DNA of 64,000 nucleotides from Schmidtea polychroa (Eukaryota): positions 24,678,001 to 24,742,000 of the forward strand of contig CM097885.1 of NCBI GenBank assembly GCA_044892525.1. Direction: 5' to 3'. Made by a program: the position numbers and the translations under genes. Each line of letters starts with the position of its first letter. Within the stretch, counting starts at the first letter, position 1. Shown piece by piece: positions 15,645 to 29,784 of this stretch. A model generated the notes under the pieces. The model had not been told where the DNA came from. It worked only from the letters and a program-made list of their open reading frames with translations, and ran no database searches.

Positions 15645-16160
15645 TTACGAATAATGATATGTGTAAGATATTAATATGCTGCTATGCTTCAATACTGACC
15701 ATGTCGATGTATTGAGAGACAGTTCCCCAGGAGTCCCAATGCAGAAATGCTATTGACGATTCACCCCTGTGAAACTCGGGATCAACAACAATTTTCAATG
15801 AGTTATTTTGTCTCTCAATATATACTAATATGACATTCTCCGTAGTGAACTTCTCTGTGATTTGAACAGCGCATTCAGAATGTGCTACTTTACACATTTA
15901 GTAGATTAAATCAGCATTTTTAATATCGGCTTTGCTCGAATTTAAAGCTTGTTTCGCGTGAAAAATAAAATAATTCTGCCTAATTTCCTGATCAAAGTTT
16001 TAAATTCATTTATTATTTTTCATTTTTTTATTTTCCTTCAAAATGAACGAATGAGATTTTTTATCGAATCAGTCAATTTAGTAATTCTTGCACCTCTTTT
16101 TTTTGAGGTTTCTGATCCATCACTGAGACATTTAGATCTTTCACTTTATTAATGGATGTT

Positions 16161-16900
16161 CTAGGAGTGGTATCCACGAGACTTTGAATATCTTTAATCG
16201 TTTTATCATCTTCATACTAACCAATTATTATTTTCCTCTTCTCTTTAAAACTCATATTTCATGTCATTTATTATTTAACTCCTATAATCCCCCGTCAAGC
16301 ATAAAGGGAAAAGTTAAAATGATAATAATACTAATAAAGTTTATTTTTTGTAAATTTTATTTTTAAAATTTTTCAAGTAACTTAAAGTTAAATTTTACAT
16401 ATCAAAGATTTCCTTATATTGTGAGTGAAATTCCTTCTGTTTCTTTAGCAACTTTCTTTGTTGTGGTCCTGGAGTGGTGAATTTTTTTATGTTGTCACGA
16501 TTCCTTGATCTCGATAAAGCTATGTAGAGTTGTCCATTTGAGAAAACAGTGTTATCTAAAAAAACTATATATTATATTAAATTTATATTACATATTATAT
16601 GAAATATTATTATTAATCGATTTGATCTAACACACGTACAAACAAAAAAACAAATTAATGACGGCTAGTATATTAATAATTATGACTATATTGAATGAAA
16701 ACAAAACCTTATCACTAACATACAATTCACGATTAATTCGAAATTCTTTATTACGCGATACCTTTCTTTCATTCTTTTCTATTGGTATATCAATTCTTTC
16801 TCATTCTTTATTTGTTTACTCCACATATTTTTTCATATTCAAGTTATTCAAGAAAATTCAAACTACTTTTCTTTAACATCGTCACTATTTTGACATTTAT
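16161..16900 (-). mobile_element. Helitron remnant
   Basis: LDNTVFSNGQLYIALSRSR (PIF1-type helicase motif VFSHGQLYVALSR) at ~16500-16560; minus-strand GTGG-ATA-CCAC hairpin then CTAG at 16161-16177. Confidence 0.6.
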
Positions 16901-18009
16901 GCTCGAATTTCTACCAATAAAATTTTCTTGGGTGCAATAAATTCACATTATTAGAGCTGGTTAAATTGTTTGGAAAGAGGATATTTACCAATTTTATGAG
17001 ATCTCTAGAGAAAATTTCAATCTGTAATTTGAAGAGGATTAAAGAATTTGAAAGATATTTTATTGCATTTTGAGAGTTTTTACTAATTTGTTTAAATATT
17101 CAAATTAAAGGAATAAATTTTCAATTTTATCGTTATACTTTTGTGATTATATGAGTTAGCAAATTTTTAGAATCTATGTCAATTTTTGGGTTATATAATT
17201 AAAAAAAGGATTAAAATAATATTTTTTAAAGAATTTTAAAAGTGTAAAATAATTGTTTGTTGAAAATTATTTTTGAAAATAATGATTTAAAATTATTATT
17301 TATAATTTAAAAATTTATAAATTTAATAATTTGTTTATAAATGATGATAGTGATGCTATCGAAATATATAGTGAAAAAAATGTACGAATGGCGATATCTT
17401 TAAATTTTTTTTTTATTTTATTATAGCAATTTATTTAGTAATTTTTTAATATTTTTATATGTGATGTAAAAACTAGGATATTGATCATTTTGTTAATATT
17501 GTTACAAAATAGTAATAATAACAATGCTTAATAAATACAATATCCATTGAAAAGAAATCAGTGGTGAAAATTGAAAAAAGATCTTGTAATACTAAATAAA
17601 AACTGTATTAAAAAGTAATTGAATCAATCGTTTCCAAGTTCAAAAATTTCAAAAAATAAAATTCCTTTTTCATTTTTATCGAATTTCTTAAATATATATT
17701 TTTATTTCCAATAGATTTTCTATTTTTAAAAGTTCAATTTATTTCTATCTCCATGGCACAGGGTGGAAAAAAGAGGCGCAAATCGGTTGCTTTTTATATT
17801 TTATAAAGAGTCACGCAAATTCAAAATTTTTTATTCAATGTAATTGCATATTTTTACAAGTCACATATTAGAACATTAAAATATATAAATTATTTCAAAG
17901 CTTAAGTTATTCAAGTATTATAAAAATCAAATATAATAAAAGCATATTTTAATGGGAGCCGCATTTGCCAACCGTTGTTATAAAACGTGGTTAATTAACT
18001 TACCATTTA

Positions 18010-18210
18010 CCAAACACCACTGAGATACCTTTCCTATAATATAAGAAAAAATCAATAATCTTACATTACATACTTACTTTGATTTCACGCTGATGTTCTC
18101 ATTAATAGTGCGATGAGATGCATCTTAAACTATAGAAATCTAAAAGGTGGAAGAAAATGTAAGTACTGGACACAAACACAACACATACTAAAAAACACAT
18201 TCAAACTTTC
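18010..18210. mobile_element. partial copy of the 37418-38325 TIR element
   Basis: accaaacaccactgagatac...aatcaataatcttacatt...catacttactttgatttcacg matches the reverse complement of ~38130-38325. Confidence 0.7.
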
Positions 18211-18450
18211 GATATATAGAAATGCTGGGTTCCGTTGGCGACAACACGGCAGGGTTAAATGTAAAATTTATTGTAAAATTTGTTTTTGAAAACTCTTCAG
18301 CCTGTCATTACACTTTTTCAAAATTCCACATTGCATATTTTTAAACTTCCAATGTTTTTAACATTTTACATATTGACATTTAAAAATTTTCACAATTTGG
18401 GTCTTTTATTTGATAGTGTGAAATTGCGAGATTAAGACGTATTTGTTTAG

Positions 18451-18522
18451 ATTTATTCGTTCGAAGAATTGAAAATATCAAATTCCAAAATTCCAAAAGG
18501 AGTCGATAGGTCAAAATTAGAA
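18451..18522 (+). CDS. unc-115: villin headpiece N-terminal exon
   Basis: IYSFEELKISNSKIPKGVDRSKLE, typical headpiece N-subdomain (xYxYEEL...LPxGVDRxxLE). Confidence 0.9.
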
Positions 18523-18569
18523 GTCAGTAAATAAATTTGGAGAAGAAAAATTATTTTTTATTTTTTTAG

Positions 18570-18683
18570 ATCTATTTATCGGAAGAAGAATTCGAAAGAT
18601 TATTTAATCTTAATCGCTTTGCTTTCAATCGTCTTCCAGAATGGAAACGAAATGATCTGAAAAAACGAGTGGATCTCTTTTAA
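18570..18683 (+). CDS. unc-115: terminal exon, villin headpiece C-subdomain
   Basis: follows a 47-nt intron; IYLSEEEFERLFNLNRFAFNRLPEWKRNDLKKRVDLF then TAA; conserved Phe core and PxWK...KK...LF. Confidence 0.93.
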   Translation: MYLSEEEFERLFNLNRFAFNRLPEWKRNDLKKRVDLF

Positions 18684-18960
18684 AACAAAAGAAATCTTCG
18701 TTTTTCAGCAATTGTGATCAGATTTATTAAGCCTTTATTTTTCATAGTGATATTGAAAAAAAGATATTTTAAATCCGAAAATGAAATTTTTCAGTTGATT
18801 CATGTCATCATAGTGAATTTATTTTGATTTTTAGGGAAATATTTTAATTTATTGAAATGGAAACTATTTTTTTATTGAATCTTGTGCACCGATTTTAGCA
18901 GTGTTAGACGAATTTTTGCTTTACTCTATTCAGTTTTCTTATCAGAAATGAATATATTTC

Positions 18961-18966
18961 AATAAA
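18961..18966 (+). promoter_or_regulatory. candidate polyadenylation signal of abLIM-like gene
   Basis: AATAAA about 280 nt after the stop; weak evidence in AT-rich DNA. Confidence 0.35.
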
Positions 18967-19599
18967 ATTCTTCATTTTGACAAAGTTGGTGAAAAATAAT
19001 TTTACGAATTTCAGCGGGGAATTTACAATTTTGTACATTTCTTTAAAAATTTATAAATTAAAATATAATTTTGTTGGTTAATGTAAGGTTTCATAAATCA
19101 TATCCATTGCAATCCTTTCTGTATTTGTTCATTGGAACACTCTCAAGGGAATCAAACGGATCACCGCCCGGTGGTATTAAGCCATTATTTACATTTATCT
19201 GTGATAAATTTTGCTGACAAATGTATTAACAACATGAATTTAATTCAGCACCGTACTATCACAAATGCAACAAGTGCTATTGCACTGGACCCCCAAATAT
19301 TAAATACATTAGAAAAACTTCTCCAAAAGCAAATAAATATCACGAATTGAAACAAAAAAAAACAAATGAAAATTCTAAATTCGTTTAACTTTCAAACAAA
19401 TAATTTCTTTGAATTATTTTTTTAATTAAAATCTATAAAAATGAATGCAATAAAATTTGAAAAATAATTTTTAGTGCCTGCACAAGCCCCACGAAAGTTA
19501 GCACGCCAAGATGCGATTGATGATATAATTTTATTTGGTGTTAAAAATATGAATGTAAAAATTATTTAAAATTTTTGTAAAGTTCGTGATGAGTTCAGT

Positions 19600-20060
19600 A
19601 ATAAATGTGTGACGCCGTTTGGTCTATATCATTTTACTTGTAATGAGTGTAATATTACATATGTTGAAGGAGCTGTCCGTTATCTCTGTACACGAATTTG
19701 ATAACATACTCGATTAAATTAAAATAGTATTATTGTTCAGCATAATAAGATATGCAAGATGAAAATAGACATTTTCAATTTTAAGATATTAATTAAAGGT
19801 TTCAAAAATTATTGGGAATGTATCATTTTTGTGACTTTGGTGACAAATTAATTTAATCCAAAAATCAATTTACAAAATTCTGATTTAATGTGTATTTTGA
19901 GAGTGTTAAATAATTTTATTAGGATTAATAGATTTTATTTGATTCCGAACATGTAATTATATGATTACTCATGAACATATAAGTATAATCATTTTTATTA
20001 AATTTGTTTAGTGACTGATGGTGGCGATTGAACTGTCAAATTATATGGAAAATTAATTTT
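19600..20060 (+). mobile_element. Penelope-like 3' remnant (GIY-YIG) with degenerate hammerhead in downstream pLTR
   Basis: FGLYHFTCNECNITYVEGAVRYLCTRI**H ... FNFKILIKGFKNYWE...FNPKINLQ; then ctgatgg-t-ggcga-ttgaa-ctgtc-aaa at ~20015-20040. Confidence 0.65.
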
Positions 20061-23000
20061 TTTTAAATGATGTTCTTTGATTTGGGTTAAATAGCAGTTA
20101 AATGATTTCTGGTGAGAACAGAAATCCCAACCAGAACCAACTCTTGACATCATTCGGCACTAACATTTATGAGTAACCATTGTAATTAGTATTCTGTATA
20201 ATAAACATTGAGTTTGATTCTGCTTGAAGTAATTTATTTGATAGTTATTATTAAATTTATATAATGAGGAAAATTTAATCACTTTAGATAAACTTTCCTA
20301 TTCAATTCTTTTCAACATGAACTGTCATTAAATACGATAACCCAACATCTTCTTAATTTTATTTTTGAAAATAAAAGTAAAAATAAGCACAAATGGGTAC
20401 AATTTATACTACTGTCTGGTGCGGATGTTCAGCTAGTAATCGGACTACCTTATCCAGAGTTGTGAAAAGGCTCTTCTATTGATATTTTGAATCCAAGAGA
20501 TCTGAAAGCCTAGTAGTCCCCAATATAAGTAGTGAAGTCTCAAGTTTACCTGAAAACCCATAGTGCACTGGTGACTCCTAAATAGATAACAAAGTCGGAA
20601 GATTTTAAATATTTTTTAAATAACACAATAATTACCAAGAAAATTAGATGTTTTTTTAAAAAATCAGTTCTTTTAATTCACTCAACGAGATCCAATACAT
20701 TAACATTCAATTAAATCCAAATTTATGCTTGCTCTGTTATTGTTAGATGTTGTGAAGTAAATAAATTCAGTTACTAAACATGTCAAAACTAACACACACT
20801 CCAACTACTCGGCGTTTCAAAAGTCGTTATGAGCACACAGGCGCATATACACCTATTTCCAGAAGTTAAAAGTTTCTATAATCTAAAAAAACCTGCTACA
20901 CTGGAAATCACATCACTTGCAAAATGCTAAATCACAGAAACAAATATCTGCAAACTTGTAAACATGGCGTATGAAAAATCATATTCGCCTCTGGAGACAT
21001 CGTCATACACAGAAACTGTTTACAAGTGCATCCGTAAGCCTTTAGCATTTTTGTAGCAGGTAAAGTATGCAATAGAGTTGAATCAGCAATCTTGTCAGAA
21101 ATCTTAATCAGAAATCTTCGCGTCTCCTGCATAGTACTGATGAGTGCCAAAAGCTCGAAACTAGTCTACTATTGGGATTTGCAGTGCTTTTAATGTTTAT
21201 ATATATATATGCATGTGTTTGTGGGTATCGACAGCCGTCAGAGATTACTGAGTGCCTAATGGGACAAGTGAGAAAAGAAATAATAATCAATAAATGCTAT
21301 CACATGACAAGGTATAGAATCTGACACAAATGTCTGTGTTTTTAGAGTATTTTAATTGTTATGCTATTCCTCCAGAAGGGTTGTAATAAGTACTTGAAAC
21401 ATTTTAGGTGTGTTGAAAATTGGTATCGTTGAATTCGTTGTAATCAATTGTGGTAATCAATAAAGTTTTACGTCGTTGGGATTTGTCATTGTCGTTATTA
21501 AATAACACCCTCGAAGTCCGATTAGTAATTGGCAGTTAAATGATCACTGACCAGCTATAATATCCTCAAAATATTTAATTTTTTAAATAATTATTATTGT
21601 ACAAAATGTTATTTATCAAATATTCCTGAAATTTCGATACTTGGAATCCACTATTCAACATAAATAATCATTTAAACATAAAAAATATTTTAATTATGCA
21701 AAAAATAGAGTTGTCTTTAATTTTACATGATTTATGTTTTTATTTAGCATTTTTGTGTTCATATGTTAAAAATAATTATCAAAAATAAAGAAATAAAAGC
21801 GAACATAATATCCAATGCAAGTGGTATAAATTAATTATCAAAAAGCAAAAAATAATTCAAAATATAGTTTTTTTTAAATTTCTTATAATTAGTGTAGATT
21901 TCATTCATTAAGATAAATATATAAAAAATCTTTTATAAAAATTAATCAATAAACTTTCGATATTAAATTAAGTGAAATTACATTTCTAAATTTTATAAAA
22001 ATTAAATTAATAAGTTTGTTTGAATACTATATTTTGTGTAAAATTAAAATATTTGAAAGTGTAATTAATTAAAATGCATATTTTTCATTTTGTGAAAATC
22101 TCTCCAGTTAAACACGATTCTTATTTTATTAGATATGAAATCGCCAGGACTGGAGTAAAGTAATAACAAAGTAGGAAGTGGATTACGATTTTGTCTAATT
22201 CATGCTGAAAACTTGTTACATGTTAATATTAGTCTAGTTATTTTAATGACAAATTAATGACAATCGATGAAATTCGTTATTGTTAGCAAGTAATCCATGA
22301 GGATGAATTGTTAAAGCTAGTTTAATAATTAGAAATGAAAAAGACAAAATATCAATTTTCTAAATCATTTTATTTAGTGGACAAATAAACTCGAAAAAGG
22401 AAAATTATTGATTGTGATATAATTGGTATTTACTATTTACAAAATCTTGTGGGATTAATCCACTAATTGAATGATCGAAACGTTTTCCCAAATACGAACG
22501 CTTTCCCAAGTATGTACGTTTTCCTAAATATGTTCTTTTCCTCATAAATAAATCATCGATATCCAAGCTTGTTCGTTTCCCGTTATATGGCCGTTTATCT
22601 AGAAGGACAATAAGTCAATCTATTTTACAATAATATCAATTTAATTTAATCCGGAAATATTTTTAATTAATCATTCAAAATAAAGATTTTCTTTGGAAAT
22701 AAAATAATCAATTTTATATTGATAATAAAATAGATTTCATGCCAAATCATAATAATTATAGATAATTATTGTAAAATTCTGGCTCAAAATGATTCTTATT
22801 TATCCACATGACACCCCCCCCCTCTCTCATTATGTACATGCATGGTCAATTAGATAAAAGAAAATATTGATTAATAACCAATTTATGATTATAAATTAGT
22901 AATCGATATGTTTATCTATACTACAATTTACAACATACAATATAACAGCTCGAGAATATGTATTATTCTGCGATTTAATAATGTGTGATTTTGTAAATGC

Positions 23001-23177
23001 AGAAGAGTGAATCGGTTCATTTGAATCAGAAAAAATAATTTATTTAAAATTCTAACTGACAAAAGACAAGAATTCTTTTAAATGGTTGTTGGATAGTTTT
23101 GGTACGAGTCAAAAAACTTGTGGGCATTTTTTCGATTTAGAATAAAAATGTCAAAATTAATTTCAAATTAAATTTAA

Positions 23178-23509
23178 CCCTTTATAGGACAAATTAATTA
23201 TTTTTTGGAATTTGAATTTTAATAAAATTTTTTTAAAATATTTCCTAGACAAAAAAATATTATTTTGATAAATAATAAATAAATTAGTCCGCCAAAAAAT
23301 CAAATATTAATATTATGTTAGAAAATAAATTTATGTAATAAAAAACAAATATTAATTATATTTGTTACAACCAATTTTGAGAAATGGTTCAAAACGCGCA
23401 AGTTAGAACACTAAATTAACTAAAAGTCTTTTTGACGCATTAAAATTGATGTTTATATGAGCAGTTTTAGAAATATATTAAGCAATTTCAGACTTTGTCC
23501 TATAAAGGT
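23178..23509. mobile_element. piggyBac-type MITE
   Basis: TTAA|ccctttataggacaaa ... tttgtcctataaaggt|TTAA. Confidence 0.8.
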
Positions 23510-23513
23510 TTAA

Positions 23514-23736
23514 CCCTTTCATTCGGGAATTAATTTTTCTTTTTGCGTGTGCTCTTCACAAAATCAACTGAAAAATACTGAAAATGTCACTATTTGGCGC
23601 CAAAATTATTAAAATGTACTAGAACAAATTTCAATTTTCTTAAAAAGTACTTCTCACATTATATTTTCGAAAAGGTACAACAGATATTCAGCACACAAAA
23701 CTGTGTACAATATATTGTACACTCCGTATAAAAGGG
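23514..23736. mobile_element. second piggyBac-type MITE sharing a TTAA with the previous one
   Basis: TTAA|ccctttcattcgg ... ccgtataaaaggg|TTAA. Confidence 0.7.
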
Positions 23737-24581
23737 TTAAGAATACTTGACATAAGAATATAATACAGAATAAGAAAATTCTATTTTATGGCAATTTTTA
23801 ATTAAAAATAAATTACGTTTCTACAGTTTCACTCAATGTTTTTGAATGTTTTCATAGTTCGCAATAATATCTCAATAATCTCCCATTAATTCGACTCTGG
23901 CAATTAACTGATCAACATGAAAAGATTTATTTCTCAAAATCCTGGAAAACACAAAAAGAGTAAATCTATTATTTGAGTTTCATCTGATCCAATTTCGTAA
24001 AGCGCTTCATGTTTGGCCAAATGATATATTTATGAATTCGGGAGAAGATTTCATTTAATCTTTATTTATTTAAATTTATAATTATTTTTCCACTAAATTT
24101 CATTAATTCTATTTCTTTCATTTTTGATTTAATATCTTTTCATGTCTATTTAATTATAAAATTTTGTCACTGTCATTGTAAATTTTTTTTGACTATTTTC
24201 CCAGATATTTATGAAAAATTATAAATTAATATTTTTCTCAGAATTTATATTTGAATAATTATTATTATATAATTAGGGTAAGAAATATTTTTGTTAAGTA
24301 AATAATAATAATTTTTATTATTAAATTAGTATTTATAATTGTTTTAACATTGTAAAAATGATTTCATTATTTTTTGTTGAAAGTCAAAATTGGAGGTTAG
24401 TTTCTAATTTGGGAATAGATTGTCAAAAACAATTGCTAATATAATTTAAAAATTCATTATTGCCGAAAAATTTAGTGTTTTTTGTAATTATAATTCGATA
24501 GGATAACATGACAAATCTGACTCTTAGTCTTCTTGATCAAAATAATAACTTTTATTATTATTACAAATTTTCAAGCGTTAA

Positions 24582-24822
24582 CACGTTGACTGCCACCATA
24601 TATATAAATGCTATACCTCTAAATGTAGATGTTAACCATAACTAAAAAACCTTAATTTACTTTTATCAAGGTGCCACTGTATATAAATAAACAGTTTAAG
24701 CCCACTGCCACAAGAAAAACATGATTATTCAGTAGTATTATGTATATACCGCCGGCGCTACACGTGGCATATGTATAAAAATGTACTGTGTACTGCGGGC
24801 GGGGCATATGGCAGTCAACGTG
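24582..24822. mobile_element. piggyBac-type MITE
   Basis: perfect 14-bp TIR cacgttgactgcca and TTAA on both sides. Confidence 0.85.
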
Positions 24823-25139
24823 TTAACACTTTAATTTTTACTTAATACTAGGGCATGATATCCCTAAGGGAGACCGAATTTGATTATTAAAACCCTTTCT
24901 CGTTTTCAAAATTTTCACTTATTATTTGCTCGTTTGTTTCATTTATATAAAGCTTTCACCATTTATGGCTAAATTTAATTTCTTGCCCACAAAGATTTGA
25001 ACATCGGCAGCGAAATTAAATTTACTGATATTTCACCGTCAAGTTCCAGGATTGAGTTATTTTGTTTTTCTCAATTAATTAATTAATTAATTTGTCTTTC
25101 TTAAAAAAATTTAATAATAATGATTATTTAAAGTATAAG

Positions 25140-25345
25140 GTGATGATTGGTAGCAGCATTTATTATTTAAAACAATAAAATGATAAATTAAGCCTTTTGC
25201 TGCAAATGATGTATTTAATGAAAAAATTTTCAACTAGATAGTCCTTGTCAATCTCCGATCTTATAGTCGAAAATGTTTTCATTAAATACATTATTGGCAA
25301 CAAAATGCTTAAATTATCCTTTTATTGTTTTAAATAATGATTATT
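25140..25345. mobile_element. palindromic repeat family (other copies at 5365-5490 and 26140-26310)
   Basis: tttaaaacaataaaatgataaattaagccttttgctgc...gtatttaatgaaaa arm plus its inverted partner. Confidence 0.65.
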
Positions 25346-28300
25346 ATTATTAATATTTGTAAATTACAATAATTATTTATTGGAGAACTTAATAATAATC
25401 AAATTTAAGTCAAGTTATTCCTTAATGTTTGAGATGGCCAAAGCGTGACCCAAATCCCGTTACCAAATTGCAAATAGGAAATATTTACGCTTGATTAAAT
25501 GTTCAGCTTGATAATTTACAGTCTGACCGGTCAGGCATTTAATTGGTTTGCAAACAATTATATCCTTTCTGATTTATTACGACTGACTAAATATATAAAA
25601 GTTTTAATTTTAACAACAGAATATGAGTTGGGTCTATATGAAATATGTAAAAATACGTTGGCCAACCTCCAAAAACCGAAGTAAATGTTTGGATAAAAGT
25701 TTAAAGGTTGAACCAAACTAATTAATTCATTGTGATAAGAATGCGATTTGACAAATGGATAAACATCAATTATTAAAACGTAATAGTTAATAAAAATAAT
25801 TAAAACCAATTAAAATATATTAAATATGAACTAATTAAATAATTGAAAAAAATTATTGACAAATTTATCACGTCAAAATGGAAAATTGTTAATAATTATT
25901 GTTAATAAATATTTATTTTTATAATTGAACATCTGATTTTAAGCAATTTTTTCGTCTTTAATTCTGTACTAATTTTATCCAGTCAAACATAATTTATTGC
26001 ATTTAGGGCAGTGATTCCCCAACTTATGTAATCCAACCCCCAATTTATAAAACGGAAAATTTTTGTGACCTCCCTGACAAGGAAATAAACGGAAAAGAGC
26101 TGAATAAAAATACACTATTATTTTCAGTTTTTTATTTAATACATGTAAAACAATAAAGTGATAATTTAAGTCTTTTGCTGCGAATAATGTATTTAATGAA
26201 AAAGGCAGTGCCGAAAGTTCGTGAGTATCAAAATACATCGATATATTATTGAATTATAGTCTTCAAGCTCTCTTTTTAATGAAAAAAATTTCGACTATAA
26301 GATAGAAATATAAATCTAGCTAGAAAATTTATAAAAGCAGCTATTTAACAAAGAAAACATAAACAGGTATAAGATATATGAGTATTTATTTTAATTTTTG
26401 AACAGAGAAATTATTAAATTAATATAACATTATTGTGGTAAACTAAAAAATTACTGTGAGATAAATCTAAAAATAATTATCTTTAATATTGTATGATTGC
26501 GGTATGTTGACACTGTTCAAAATTTGATAATATATTATTGAACTCACCAATTTTTATTCGAAGTTTGGTTTATATAATAGATGTTGTGAAAATTGTGTGA
26601 TTGCTTTGAAAATGAATAGAAATAAGAATTTGAACAATCTTAATAATAACTATGAAGAAAATAGTATTTATTTAAATAAACTATTAACTTCTGATGATAT
26701 TTCATTAAATTTTCATTCTGTTAAAGGATTAAAATATAATTCTAAGATTGAAAATAAAGGAGATATCATCAAAAAAAAGTGAAAAAGTTCGAAATTGACC
26801 AAAAAATAAAAGATTTTACAGAAAATACTAACTATTAAATGAATAAAATATATTTTTGTATTAACAATCGACAATTAGAAAAGGACATATGTTTCAAATA
26901 TTAATATTATACAAAACATAATTAATGACAAATTTCATTGACAGCGGATTTAGATATTTTATCACCTATTAAACATTGCTTAATTATTGAATCTTAATTG
27001 TTAACAATTTTACATTTAAATTTACATTAAAAATCTTTAAAAAATAATACAAAGTAACCAAGTATAAATAGTAATTTTTATGTGAATGTTAATTTTTACG
27101 CATTTTCTGGTGCAAAATGTTTTTAAAATTTGTATGTGACCCCTACCAAATATTGACCCATTATTCATAATTTTGGAACCGCTGATTAATAAAATTTATT
27201 TATTTCGACAAGTTTCGACTTATTAAGAAGACAAAAATTAGTTTCTTTTAAATTGAAGTTGACACAAGTACAATAATATAATAGTGAGTTAGAAGGAAAA
27301 TAAAAGGGATTCTCCAAAACAAGAAGAAAGAATGAAATATAAAGTTTCAAATAAACACAGAGACAAATTCATTAGGAAATTATAAGGCCTATTTATTTTA
27401 ATTAACAGAACAGCTCTTCACCATTCATTAAATTATTAATTACATATGATCCTTGGTGACACATATGGGTCTTTGTGATATTTATAGGAAAATTTACATT
27501 CTAATAGGTATACGCGTGCCTTCATCCACTCTAAGAAATTCATAAAAATATGATTAATTTACTTTCACAACCATTTTGGTCATCAGATCTCCCAATTATG
27601 ACTATTTGTGGAATATTCTTGGCAGAATATCTTAAAATTTTCGAGGTATCGTTGGCTGATCATGAAATCTTATTCCTGGACGCTTTTGAATGATCGTGTA
27701 ATATTGCTATAAAAACTTATCTTGCAACGAGATTTATGATTATTGTCCAAAGGATAAGGTAAAGGCACGAAGCAGTAAAAATATTTGTGATTTAGTTTTG
27801 GTTTCAAAATTCCTTAAGAACCTTTAATATGTGACTTTTATAAAAAATATATAATTAGGCTAAATTTTATTAGTTTTCGGGCCCGTTTACCAGTGCAACT
27901 GTTTAACTTATGAAGACCCCTGTTCAATTTATTTATTAAAAAGTAAAGCATAATTTCATAGATATTTTTTAAAATTTATGCCAATTATATTACTTAATTT
28001 TTACGAATAATGAATAAACAAATAAAAATGATCCCCTTAAGAATTAATTTTTATGTATAGTTAATATTTAAACTGGGTTGACCTTGAAATTTTACCTTTC
28101 AAACATTTCAAGAGTGGTAAGTAAACAAGGTATGAAATGTTTTCTTTTCTATACCATACCTTATAGTTACCCTGGTCAAGTGCCCTCTTTACTATAATAA
28201 TTGATAATAATCCGGTACATCAGCTCTAACTCCAGCAGAATTTTCACCCAGGATGAGAAAAACCCGAAACAAAAATTAAAATTAAAAGAATGAAAGATAG

Positions 28301-28643
28301 AATTGAAAAATTAAAGACAATCCATATAAATGAATTCTAATAAAATCAAAACAAGCAATCGAAAATTTGTTATATTAAGAGTGAACTATTATTTTTAATA
28401 GATTTTCATTGTAAAAAAATTTAAATAGATTCAATTTTTAAACATGAGCAAAGAAAAATAATGAGATTATATATATAAATACCTCAGCTAAACAACTAAA
28501 TCAGCACGATATAGTCGAGTTATTACCAAATAGAAGCCAGCAATTATATTCTTGGTGAGACGGCCTGACATTTTTATTATTACCAAAATCATTTTTGAAA
28601 AAATATTTTATAAAGCCTTTATTTTTGTAATATAAAAACAAAC

Positions 28644-28644
<1 letters not shown>

Positions 28645-28731
<87 letters not shown>

Positions 28732-28771
28732 TTAATAATAATAATAATAATCACAATAATAATAATAATAA

Positions 28772-28843
<72 letters not shown>

Positions 28844-28860
28844 TATTAATAATAATAATA
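28645..28860. repeat. (AAT)n microsatellite
   Basis: direct reading. Confidence 0.95.
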
Positions 28861-29784
28861 AACTTTTTTTGGAAGGAAAATTGAAAATCAATATAAAAAT
28901 CAATAAATTGAAAATAATGATTGAGGTATTGTAGAAAATCAATAACTAGAGCTGACGATTAAAAGCACAGTTAATTAATACTATTCGAATTAATAATTTT
29001 TACAAATTATTTATAAATTATTAAGAATTTTATTGAAATGAATAAATTTAGAAAAAATAGCGGCCAGTAAATTAAATATAAAATTTCTATTGACTTTTTA
29101 AAAAAATATTTTATTAATTTCAATAATTTCGGTAGTATTTTTTTATCATCATTAAGATTTTTTAAAATTTCCTTCAACTTTATATATCAACATGATGACG
29201 TCTGTCTCATGAAAGTAAAAAAACTGTGGTCTTTATTGTGCTGTTATGACCACAATGACGCCCAAACTCTTATTAAGTATATGTGACAGTTTTTCTACCA
29301 AAATGACTTGTAAAATCGTATTTTAGAAAACCCATATTCAAGGTCTCTAAGACAGTTTCCGAAATGAATATATACACAAAATAAACAAAACAACATTATC
29401 CATATTATCCATTGTGTTATCCACGAACCCTCCAGAAAAATGACTTTGTGAAAAGAATGATTTTGATATTTAATTTTTTCATTCTGACAAAAGATCAATA
29501 TTTAATTCTATGGGACAGAAATTTCCCAGTTTAAAATAAATAAAATTTAAATTTGAAATCATTTCCTTAAAAAAATGAAAAATAATAAAATTATTGAGTT
29601 GCCGGTGAATTGAGATATTAACAATTATCGATTTGACTCTGAGCAAGCCATAATAATGATAACAAATATATTACAATGGAACAAATTTATTAATCAAAAT
29701 AATTGCAATTTCCCTTTTAATATCTTTCATATTACCACTTTAATCACTTATGTCACAATTAGCCTATGCCTGTAAGACATTTGG

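Noticed and set aside
21370..21410. cct-ccagaagg...gaaac...agg as another hammerhead (also 50758-50785)
   Set aside because: Core and stem II too degenerate to support
26009..27184. Possible old hAT MITE (cagtgattccc...ggaaccgctg)
   Set aside because: TIR match weak and no TSD
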